Shown one piece after another: positions 52,836 through 64,000 of a stretch of 64,000 nucleotides of DNA. The notes below the pieces were generated by a model. That model saw only the letters and a program-made list of their open reading frames with translations, did not search any database and had not been told where the DNA came from. The translations under genes and the position numbers were made by a program. Position 1 is the stretch's first letter. Each line of letters starts with the position of its first letter. The stretch lies in assembly GCA_035084275.1 (NCBI GenBank), contig CM068748.1:2914001-2978000 (forward strand), in the 5' to 3' direction. This DNA comes from Hydrolagus colliei. Lineage: Eukaryota.

Positions 52836-55152
52836 TTATCATTAAAAAGAAATGTGACTCTCGGGACTCTAGCGAATTCATATGATGGTATACTTTTTCA
52901 TTTATAGGAGGTTTTAAGGTGCTTGGTGATTTCATGTAGCAAAGTCGGGGAGCAGTTTAAATAAAATGCTATTGTGAATTTGAAGATGCACATCCTGCAG
53001 GCGTCAACCATGACCTATTAACAAGAGGTCACAGCTATAATGAAAGCAATGGTATTAGCAGCAGGGGCTGGTGAAAGGATCATTGCAGTTAATTGCACTC
53101 AAGTCAATAACTGACAGTTGAGTATTTCCATTAAGTGAATGGAAACTGGAAATCCAAGTCTCTTCTCCATATACGTGGAGTGATTGCTCTGACCAGGACG
53201 TCGAGAAGAAGTGAAAAGTGCAATATCAAAAGCGAGGATTATTATTTATTGTTGTTGTGGTAAATTCCCGAACAACCTTCCATAGAAAAACATTTCTTCT
53301 ACCCCCACCTCCCCCCACCATTTTTTCACCGGCCGATAATCTTAATTTCATGGCATCCAACTAATAATGACTCACTGTTTGGGGGGAATAGACTCTCTAA
53401 TAACTCACTCTCATAAAACCAAATGGAATTTTGAAAAAAAAACAGGAGATCCTCCTTAAACTCTTGGCTCCAACGAAGAAAGTGCTAGCTTTTCAAGTCC
53501 TGCCTGTTTGTTACTGCGAGAAAATTGGCTGCTGCGTTTGCCTACAAATACAAAATTCACTTCACTTTACGGCACTTATCAGTGAAGTGCTTTAAGATGT
53601 TTCAACGTCGCGCATACAATATCAAAAGCAAGGTTTTTTTATTATAAGAGGTCTCTCCACGTAACCGTAATAGTCTCTAATAGTCAATCTCCGCTGATCC
53701 ATCTCCTTGCCTGTGAAGACTTGTCTAAACCTTTAATCAGCCGTTGACTCGTGTAGCAATGAATAGTTTTGATTGTACACATCCAATGTCATCATTCTGA
53801 ACACACCTTCCCCACCCTACCTATGGGACAATCCAAGGCACTCAACAGGAACAAATCCTGCCAGATTTCAGCTACAGGAAACGTGCGTTGCCAATTACCT
53901 CCTTGCAGTATATAGTGTGCTGAATAAAGTATGAATAACTAATGGTCAAGTAAAGTGCATCTTTACATTTGAAACTGTATGCATTCCACTGACAAGAATA
54001 TCCCAAGCCTTTACAAGAGAGTTCCTTGTTCAGCTCTTTCTCTGGCACATACTTAAATCAGCATCTTGTAAGCATCAATAACAGTCTGAGTTGCTTCGAA
54101 CAGAGGGTACAGTTTATGAAGTGGCACACAGCCAGTTTGCTCTGGTGACTTTAATTTGGCATAAGTCTTCCTTATAAATAGTATTCTAGACTAAATAACT
54201 GCATGATTTACATCTCCAATAAGAGAGATTTTTGGAAAATTATTCATAACGATGTACTGTACTACAACTACACAAAGGAGAGAATAAAATCCACAGTTTA
54301 TTTGCAGAATAAGAATTCTCGCTTGCAAAAAAGAGCTTCTCCATCCACTCGCCTAGTTCTATATAGGTATTCAATACTGGATCCAACAAAATGTCATCGA
54401 AAAGCAACGCATGGGGTCCCCGGGATCGCTAGCAAAAGCACTGACCTGATTTCGTCTGCTTCCAATGTCATTTTTCTGGGAAGCTTCAATGCTGCATTTT
54501 CACTGTATAATGCAGTACAACTTCATAAATAAGGTATGTTTGTCCTGCCTCGCATGTCAGCCTGGCACAGTGGTAACATTCTCGCCTCCGAGTCAGAAGG
54601 TTGTGGGTTCCATATATTGTAAACTGCTGTTGCTGTGTTTTGAGGGCCAACACGGCAACCAATTTGCACACAACAGTTCCCGCAAACAGCCATCAAATGA
54701 ACGCCCAATTTTATTTGGAGGATTGTTGGCCACGGACAAACTCAAACATGGACTTTTACTGGGCTGTAATTTGCTGTGATTCACATCGGGAGTGGTTAAG
54801 GCCGAGTCTGAGGGAGGCCTGACAGGAACCAGGTGTTGGTAGCACCAGTGTGTGGGAACTCTTAAAAGTTAGGTTAGTTAAGAAGGTAGTCCCCGAATCG
54901 GCACTGAAATGGTGGGATCTGGCTGGGAGCAGGCCCAGAGCGGCTGCCACAGCTTCAGTGGGTGACTTTGGATGCAACCATTTGAAAAAAAGAGAGGGGA
55001 ATGTTCACCTGCTCAGTTGGGACATCGCCAGTAACAGAACACCTCACAAAGTGAGCGTTTTCACAGCTGTGGATTTTATAAACAGTGATGATTATCACCA
55101 CACATACCACATTACAAAAAGTATGTATCCTCAGCTTTTAGAATTCCCTTTA

Positions 55153-55419
<267 letters not shown>

Positions 55420-56244
55420 CTACAAAGGCACTATAAACAGTGAGGTGCCTTGGGCCCGATTTACAAATCAGGTGCAGATGTAAAGTGCATTTTTCTCTTG
55501 CCTAGATTTTAAAATCTTTTTCTCATGAAACTGACTCCATTTTGCACAAATGGATACACAGGAATTGTGAGACAACGTATATCGTTAATTCTGAGCAGAA
55601 GTCTGACAGCGTTCCCACCTTCTGAAATAAAATAACCATGGCTGTACAGTGTGTGTGTGTGTGTGTGGGGGGGGGGGGGGGTTGGTGGGTGGGAGGGAGG
55701 AGCTTCCAAAGGTCAGAATTTTGGGGTGAATTTACTTTTCTTTTGATTTGATTCCACAAAAAAGAAATGAAGAAGAAATGGCGATGTCCATCCTTCATTA
55801 ATTCAAGAATGGCCTTTTTATGTGGAGTGAATTTCTACGGTTCTGTTCATCCTGGTAGCTGAGCCTCATTGGCGGCGGGCCAGTGCTAAGCAAAGCCATT
55901 GCACATTTATGTCGGCTGCCTGGCTCACAGCACATGTAGTTTCAATCACCCGAGTGATGTTTTATACAACAGTGAGTACACGGCAGATATTTTGAGCCCT
56001 TGCCAACGCGCCAGTTCAGACTCTACCATGGCACCCAGCATCTCGTGTCAGGAAGGCGAAAATTGGTTAGGGTTCCCAGCACTGATCAAGTCCACACCAG
56101 AACTGTGCTTGTGTGGAGGTCAGGTGAGCACAGGATTGGAGAGGCCATGGATTTGGACACATATATATTCCATGACGTTGAGGTCAAATGGGCTGATGCA
56201 GGGACTTTTTCAACTGATCCTGATCTTGATAATAATGCTCACAT

Positions 56245-56388
56245 TTGATGTTGCACAAATCAGCTGCCGCAATTCACCCACAAAATTATCGGTCAATTCA
56301 CTTTGCAGCATACTCTGTGAAGCACTTTGAGACGTCTAGAAGATGTGAAAAGCGCAATATCAAATGCAAGGATTATTATTATTATTAT
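56245..56388 (+). mobile_element. young SINE 3' part
   Basis: gtcaattcactttgcagcatactctgtgaagcactttgagacgtctagaag...(att)n. Confidence 0.82.
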
Positions 56389-56394
56389 ATTACA

Positions 56395-56798
56395 TGACGG
56401 GAGTTCGTTTCAAAGACCCCTGCGTAGGATTTACTGTGAAGGGTAGCGACTGTGTATTTTATGGGTGAACGCAGCAGCCAATTCACGCACAGCAGTTTCC
56501 CCACAAACAACCAAGAAGCGAGCGAATGATCAATCTTATTGGGGCCATTGTCAGGGGGTTGGAAAATCTCCCTTCTCTTTTTGAATAGTGCCATGGGAAC
56601 TTTAACATCTAGCTGAACAGAGAGACATTATATTATAATATTATAATGTCTCATCCCTTGAACAATGCAGCAACGCTGAAGTACTGCAATGGGAGTGTCA
56701 GTCCAGGGAAGGTGAGTTCAAATTCCTGATGTGGGGCTTGTATCTAAAACCTTTTGACTGAAGAGGCAATAGTGTCACCAACGGAGCCAGGCTGACAT
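56395..56798 (-). mobile_element. older Deu-domain SINE (SacSINE1-like), near full length
   Basis: Head on minus (tgtcagcctggctccgttggtgacactattgcctct...gtcaaaaggtt) followed by the Deu domain (ttcccatggcactattcaaaaagagaaggg). Confidence 0.78.
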
Positions 56799-57813
56799 TA
56801 TCGAATCATTAGTAACAGCTAGTTGAATGAGGTAGCGCTGTGTGACTGGGACCCATGGAACTGTGTCCCAGCATGAGTCTGTGCCTTCAGGAAAGCAAGG
56901 AAACATTAACAATAAAAATAACCCTGTAACACTGACTGTAGTTAATTAGTGAGTAAGTCAGTGAGTAATTGAATGAGGAAATTAGATACTGACTGTTTTA
57001 AAGAAATGAATAAATTATGACCGATTTTATTTTTAAAAAGACAATGATTTGTATTTTTACAACTATTTACAATACAGGCTGATCAATCAATACGTGATTT
57101 ACTTCCCTGGCTAATCAGTCCGTACATCTTCTTAGATGTAATTCGGGGGCTCCCAATTTCCAGGTTAGTTCCACCCCACCTATCTCCCTCTATCTCTTAC
57201 TCCCTCCATCTTTCTACATGTTCCTCCTCTCTTACTTTTCTCTCCAATGCCTTACACAGGTCAGATACTTCATTCAGTCTGCCCCTGTCGTCTTGGATGA
57301 CACTAAATTCTAAAAGACCAGTTCCCCGATGATCAATTGGCTTTTTTTAAAAAAGCTGTCGTATATAAAAATAAGTATCAGCTACAGTGCTGGTTGGGGC
57401 TGTCAACCAGTTTGCAAACTGGCTTCAAGTGTAAAAACATAGTTAAGTAGTGGTGGAAAACTGGCTAAAACTTACACAATTAGGGACACAGGAATGATCA
57501 AGGCTGGATCACACCCCACTGTGATCCGTCCTAAAGCTGCCATCTTAAATGGGCAGCTCAAAAGCAGTTCTAAAAACGCCACAGAAGAGAGGTTGGGGAA
57601 AAGCCAGGCTGTGGGAACGGTTTATTTACTGGCGTATTCAATCGCACAATAATTTACCAACGTTTGATACTCCACATCGCAATAATTCTCCTGCGATGAC
57701 TCCAAATACTTTGATTTTATCTGTTAGGTAAATACCGTTAACAGCAGAAAGCCACAAGAATTTGACCACTAGTGCGGCCGACGAGGATTTTCAATGCCAT
57801 ACAATACAATTTA

Positions 57814-58045
57814 CAGTAAAAGCCTGTTTATCCGGCTCCTGATCAACCGTAACTTCCATATAACCGTCATCGCAAACAAAAAGGTCCGCATTCGATTAAC
57901 CGGAATTTATCTGGAAAAATGCATTGAAAATTCCGGTTGAATGTGGACCTTTTTTGTTTGTTTGTGTTTTCAGTCCAATATCCGGTAAGCGCTTTAACTG
58001 GCCTTGGTCAGGTCCCGAGAGTGCTGGATAAAGGGGCTTTTACTG
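57814..58045. mobile_element. Tc1/mariner-pogo (Tigger-like) MITE, TA TSD
   Basis: TA|CAGTAAAAGCCTGTTTATCCGGC ... GCTGGATAAAGGGGCTTTTACTG|TA, an imperfect TIR of about 23 bp, plus an internal inverted repeat. Confidence 0.88.
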
Positions 58046-58339
58046 TACATTGATATAGTGCCTTTCACGTCAGCAGGGCATGTCAAAGCGCTTGGTCCTG
58101 GGCATCCCAAACCAGGAGAGGAGAACTTGGGGGATGCGGGGAGAAAAGATGCCTAAGTGATGTTAACTGGATATGTTTTCTCACCTCTCACAGACTTTCT
58201 GATTAATTAAAAACTTCCTTTGCCTTTTTATTACCTACCCTGCAGTTAATAGCTGCACTGTTTGTTCATAGCAACCCATCGTTTAGCAGACTATAACAGT
58301 ATCACAAGGTTCATTAATATTACTGAATTCTTGTGAACA

Positions 58340-58700
58340 TATGTACAGTGTTGTGGTGAGGTCGCATCTGGACTGCGACCAAAACCATACAGTTCTGGTG
58401 GCAGGGACATAAAGGGGCTACCCAGGCCCTTGAGGCTACAAGGATGATTCTGCAGTGTAAGGAGACTGAACTATAGGCAATAATTAAACAGTATTGGGTT
58501 CTTCAGTCTTGAAAGGGAACATCTCAAGAGGGAATCTTAATAATAATCCTTGCATTTGACATAGCGCATCTTCGAGACGCCTCAAAATGCTTCACAGAAT
58601 ATAGTGTACAGTGACTTGACTGTATATGTTTGTGGGCGAAATATTATAAATCGTATAGAGTTCTATAAGATTTTAAATGGGTTTGAGAAAGTATGTTTGG
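58340..58700 (+). mobile_element. CR1 ORF2 fragment interrupted by a SINE tail (about 58538-58640)
   Basis: gtggtgaggtcgcatctggac...cagttctgg...ttcagtcttgaaaggg...agggaatct, then the SINE tail, then atagagttctataagattttaaatgggtttga (LVRPHL and YKI..G-like CR1 motifs). Confidence 0.7.
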
Positions 58701-59774
58701 AATGATGTCAGCATTGCTTCCAGTCCATGAACAGATATGTACTGTTACTAAACAACAGCTTAAATATGACTGCATTACTGCTAGCGGCTGTTGAAAGTCA
58801 AGCTGATCTCTAGCCACAAAGGCAATGAGTTATCAATTTCTATGATTAGGGCCCCACAAAAGCATAACATGGCACACATTTTTACTACAATCATCATAAT
58901 GTTTGAAAGCTCTGCAAACAGAACAGTAATCCTCTCCTCCTCACAAATGCATGGGGTTCTGTCTACGTGTCTCAATTCCCTCTTGAGAGACACTGGGTTT
59001 AGAAACAGCATTGGTAAGGAGAGAATCACTGTTTAAATGCCATGAAGCTGTTTCAAATTGAATTGAAAATGTCAATTTGGGGTGTTTTCCACAGATCGGG
59101 AGTAGGAAAGTGAATGGCCAAAGTTTAAGCTGTCACAGAATGCCTTGTGGGTCTCCAGAGACAGTAAGACGTGTTCATGGTAGATTTTGTGATGTAGGTC
59201 ATTGAACAAAAGGGATATTGTAAGTTTTAACTATAATATATATCCCAGAGCTATTACACTTTGATTTGTGGGCTGTAACACGCACTCTAAAGATGGCAAC
59301 AAGGCAGGCCAGAGAGTATGGTTGGATGTTCTGCCGAAAACACTGCCTGTTAGAATAATCTGTTCGCTTTAGAAGTAAACCTTGATCTGATCATCGCAAA
59401 GTAATCCCCGAAAAGAGGACGTCGGGAATACCTTCATCATCAAATATTAATAGGGCAGGTCATTTAAGACTGCTTTATTTCAGCAATAAAGCCTCAGAAA
59501 TCTAAACCTGGCAATGAGGAGCAAAGGATTTACTCCAGACAGGAAGCTCAAAAAGTGTTGACCCAAATGAGCCCTATTGACTGACACACCGGTGTCAATC
59601 CAGCCCAGTGAGGCTTTTATAATAGGAAATTACACTATTAATGATCAACAAATGCATTGCTATTTTTAGAGATCAGCACATGATAGATCACAGCGTCTCT
59701 CCGGCAGTACTGTTGACTTCTGCTTGGTTGAGGGTTTTAAAGGGCAATTTTAGGACAGATTCCAGCAATCAGTA

Positions 59775-60102
59775 TAATGATAATAATCCTTGCATTTGAT
59801 ATAGTGCTTTCAATGTCTTCTAGATGTCTCAAAGCGCTTCACAGAATATACTATAAAGTGAAATGACTGTATATATGTGGGTGAAATGTGGCAGTCAATT
59901 GCGCACAGCAGTGTTCCACAAACAGTCGTGGATTGAAATGACCAATTTATTTGTGTTTTTTATTTTTATTATTTTTATTTTGAGTGTTTATTATTAGGCG
60001 TGTGGGGTAAGGAAACTTGCCCAAGGTTTCGCCCTGCCTGGAATTGAACCCAGGTCTCTCGCTTGTAAGGCGAGTGCTCTAACCACTGAGCTACAGGACT
60101 CC
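59775..60102 (-). mobile_element. young tRNA-derived SINE, full length and close to the apparent consensus
   Basis: Head on minus: ggagtcctgtagctcagtggttagagcactcgccttacaagcgagagacctgggttcaattccagg. Confidence 0.93.
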
Positions 60103-60204
60103 ACAATCAAGGCAAATGATGGCACTTTTTTTTTTGCCTGTTACGAATTTTCAAACTTGGTCATAAAATAATGGCTGGTGTCACTGACCACCGCTGCTGG
60201 TCAC

Positions 60205-60476
60205 AGAATTAACTGCAAAGCGTAAGTGACTGTGTATTTTATAGGCGAATGAGGTGTGATCATTTGCACACAGCAATGTCCCATAAACAGCTCTGACAGT
60301 TATATCTGGGGGAATGTTAGCCAGGAAACTTCCCCTCTCTTTTTGAATAGAGCCAGGAGATATTTACAATCCATCTGAACAGACAGACTTCGGTTAAACG
60401 TTTCGTCCGAAGGACAGCACCTCCAAAAATATAGCACACCCCCAGCACTGTACTGGAGTGCTAACCTTAGACTTTA
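60205..60476 (-). mobile_element. older Deu-domain SINE, truncated by the gap
   Basis: cttcggttaaacgtttcgtccgaaggacagcacctcc...gcactgtactggagtg. Confidence 0.75.
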
Positions 60477-60860
60477 NNNNNNNNNNNNNNNNNNNNNNNN
60501 NNNNNNNNNNNNNNNNNNNNNNNNNNNNNNNNNNNNNNNNNNNNNNNNNNNNNNNNNNNNNNNNNNNNNNNNNNNNNNNNNNNNNNNNNNNNNNNNNNNN
60601 NNNNNNNNNNNNNNNNNNNNNNNNNNNNNNNNNNNNNNNNNNNNNNNNNNNNNNNNNNNNNNNNNNNNNNNNNNNNNNNNNNNNNNNNNNNNNNNNNNNN
60701 NNNNNNNNNNNNNNNNNNNNNNNNNNNNNNNNNNNNNNNNNNNNNNNNNNNNNNNNNNNNNNNNNNNNNNNNNNNNNNNNNNNNNNNNNNNNNNNNNNNN
60801 NNNNNNNNNNNNNNNNNNNNNNNNNNNNNNNNNNNNNNNNNNNNNNNNNNNNNNNNNNNN
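60477..60860. other. assembly gap (384 N)
   Basis: Run of N that truncates an old SINE on the left and ends 20 bp from a CTBP2 exon boundary. Confidence 0.99.
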
Positions 60861-60862
60861 AG

Positions 60863-61177
<315 letters not shown>

Positions 61178-61917
61178 CTAGCCGTATAACAAACTATAAA
61201 ACATTCCCCAATAGAATCAAAGTCCCATACACCCGACATTCTCAGTGTGAAGGGCCTTGCGATCAGCATTCCTTACACTACGGAAGGAGTTTTGAGGCAA
61301 TTCAACTGCACAGTATAGAAGCCTTGTGTAAACGGAACCTGATGTCTAAACTCCGGATTCTCTCTTAAATTAAACCGGTTCAAGTAGAGGAGGTGTTTGG
61401 GTAATTTAAGATTGTGTTGAGTGTAAATCAGGGCCTGCAGTGTGTGTGTGCATTTCCCAGCAGATGCCATGAATCAAGAGTTCTTCCTTCGAGAGGCACT
61501 GACATTAACTATTGTGTCTTACTACCACTGCCAACTCGCCCCAGAACAAGCAACAAGCCCAGGACTCAGGGCCCGTACGGCTCGATGCCACATTCAACCG
61601 CGGAAGAGTAGTTTTTAAAGCATTTCTGCGATTTCAAATCAAATAGGAGGGGGGGGGGGGGGGAGGGGGTTTGGGAGAGAAATTAACATCTGCACATTCC
61701 CATCTCCCAATGTAAAGTGCTGGAACACAAGGCTTCCAACAGCAATCTCTGCAGCAATGGGGCTCAGCCAGCAGCGCGAATCTGGCACTCTGTTCTGAGT
61801 CAGGCAGAGACACTGGCTGGATTAAGACACCCCCTGCTGTCATTCCGTGCAAGGAGAAAGTCCAGCTGCCACCAGCAAGTTTACAGTTGAAAATAAATTT
61901 GGGGGGATGAGGAGAGA

Positions 61918-61920
<3 letters not shown>

Positions 61921-61950
<30 letters not shown>
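61921..61950. repeat. (TG)n microsatellite
   Basis: About 15 TG units read directly. A similar (TG)n plus poly-G lies at 55649-55681. Confidence 0.95.
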
Positions 61951-61951
<1 letters not shown>

Positions 61952-63332
61952 AGGAAAGAACCCAACGTTTTGTCTGCTCACTAGACTTCCACAGCAACAG
62001 CCAGTTTGTGTTATTCTCTCTGAGCTGCTCTCGATACGAATTCACTATCCATTTCAACGCACCAAAAACGTGGGCTTCAGGATTATTCATTGGGACACAG
62101 CACTGACACAGCATCAGCGCCAGGTCGCAAACAACCTCAAGTGACACACGGAAATTATAAGGGGAAGAAGGTTCCGACTGATTTTTTTAGATGAAGGGAC
62201 TGAGGATATTTTGAAAAGATCTAAGTTAAAGGGGGAAAATATCCTTGTGGAATAATGGACATTGTGATGGTTGGAGCGGGTTTGCTGTCTTAGAATTAAA
62301 TACCAATGGGCAAACACAGTGACCCACCAGGGAGAGCGGCAGGTCATAACCTGAAGGTGGTAGTGAATACATTGTGAGATGTCCACCAAAAAACGACTTT
62401 ACCACAACTCCAAAGCTGAGTGGAACTTCAGAGAGGGTTGGATCTGTAACATAGCCCAGTATTTCCCTCAATGCGATAACAGGCTCCAAATTATAGTCTG
62501 GATTAGGGAAGAATTTGCAAATATTGAGCCTTGCCTGCAGCCAGAAGCAAGTCACATCGACCTTTGGGAAGGGAACACTGCTCCCCTAAGACTGCAAAGA
62601 TCCCAGTCACTGCCACTCAACTCCGACGCAATCCAACATTCATATATTTGACAGATAGTGAGAAGAGAACCTAATGTAGCCCGACTTCCCTTGTTAACAG
62701 GACTTCACGCTAGCTCTCTGACAAAAACTAGCTTTGCAAGAATAGGCTTAAGAGAAAACTCAGCATGTCTTTGAAGACAATGAAACAGAGTTTTAACAGA
62801 GAAACATGAGGTTTGTCTATCACTACAGCATTAGCAGGTCTGCAAACATCCCCAGGCATTCTGGAACTCACATTTATAATTCCAAACACAGCTCCTTAAA
62901 GAAAATACTGGAGTTTACGCGGCTGGCCTGTGCACTCGGTAAAATATCTGACCAGAGAACATCAAACGCATTGTGAGCTCACATACTCTGTTAAGAGAGT
63001 CTGTACAGAACTTCCAAGTCAGCACAGTGGTATCTGAACCATAGCACAGAAATGTGCAAGCTTAACCTCCACAATGCTGACTCCTGAAATGTATAGGATA
63101 TACTAAATATACCTTTCGGTATATTTTAACTCCTTCCTCTCCATAAAGCGCTATTATATTTGAACCAATCTGAGCTGAGCTGCAGTGACCTGGGTTGAGA
63201 CCAATGTTATTTGTGCAATTAGCAGATCTTCATCTTCAGCCTTTCTGCATTTGCTCCTCCCTTTGAAAGCATTTACTGCTGTTAATTTAAGCAAGAGAAA
63301 AGGCTGTGAACAGATCAGCTAATAATTAATGG

Positions 63333-63515
63333 TGTCAGCTCGGCTCAGTTGGTAGCACTCTCCCTCTCTCTCTCTTGACTCTAGAGTCAGAAGGTTGTGG
63401 GTTTAAACTCTACTTTGGGGCTTTGAGCTCACAGTCTAGACTGACACGACAGTGTGAGTGCCCGGGGATCCCTGCATTGTCCTGGAAGTGCCAACCTTGG
63501 GATCAGATGTTAAAC
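63333..63515 (+). mobile_element. older Deu-domain SINE, 5' half
   Basis: tgtcagctcggctcagttggtagcactctc...gagtcagaaggttgtgggttt...gatgttaaac. Confidence 0.75.
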
Positions 63516-64000
63516 TGCACAAAGAAGCTGGTTAATAATTATAGTGGCAGGTGAAGGCATTAATCACCATTGCAATTTCAGTGAGAGGAATAATCAAAAC
63601 AACAACAAAAAGCAACAAAATGACATTTATATAGCGCCTTTCACGCTGGGAGGTTGTCCCAAGGCGTTGAAACTACAAAACGCAGTTTGCACCATGTTAG
63701 CATAGTGCCGCCCGGACTCACTCCCAACCCACGTTATAGCGTTCCTTTCAGATAAATCGAAGCCCCAAAAGATGAGCTGGAAGGACAAGTGCGGAAATGC
63801 CAAATTTGCAGAACATCTGTCACTGCTGTCTCTTCTGCCCAAGCATTCAGCTACGCTGCGTCCGCACTAAGTATTTAAAAACCTGCCACTACAAATGTCA
63901 TTTTCCGTCATCACGCCAAACACCATTTGAACTGCACGAGTGACTGCAGCAGCCACGATCAAACGTGGCCATGAAAGCACATAGTTTAACGTCATCGTTA

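Noticed and set aside
60030-60102. tRNA-Val(TAC)-like gene (also at the other SINE heads)
   Set aside because: It continues directly into the SINE body and tail and recurs in many diverged copies, so it is a SINE head and not a tRNA gene.
63105-63126. 9-bp perfect hairpin AAATATACC-TTTC-GGTATATTT resembling a terminator
   Set aside because: It is a short AT-rich stem expected by chance, and intrinsic terminators are not relevant in a vertebrate intron.

Overview
This is eukaryotic (vertebrate) genomic DNA. The repeat content (SacSINE1/Deu-like SINEs, L2 and CR1 LINE relics, and an abundant young tRNA-derived SINE) suggests a cartilaginous fish, probably a chimaera; that assignment is inference. 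The window holds the 3' parts of two convergent genes. ZRANB1/TRABID, an OTU deubiquitinase, has 8 coding exons on + (2863-18644). CTBP2 has 8 coding exons on - (61035-32062). All exons have GT-AG boundaries and the phases join without a break. The 5' exons of both genes (ZRANB1 NZF fingers; CTBP2 start and RIBEYE A-domain exon) lie outside the window. Introns and the intergenic region are filled with SINEs, L2/CR1/RTE fragments, two DNA-transposon MITEs and a degenerate ~30-bp minisatellite, and there is a 384-N assembly gap. I found no evidence of a new multi-gene system. The best leads are transposon-related: a 6-bp-TSD MITE nested in an L2 tail, a chimeric SINE with a longer variant, and inverted SINE pairs. 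There are also a few speculative RNA-level signals. Repeat family names come from recalled consensus features, not from a database search, and repeat boundaries are approximate.
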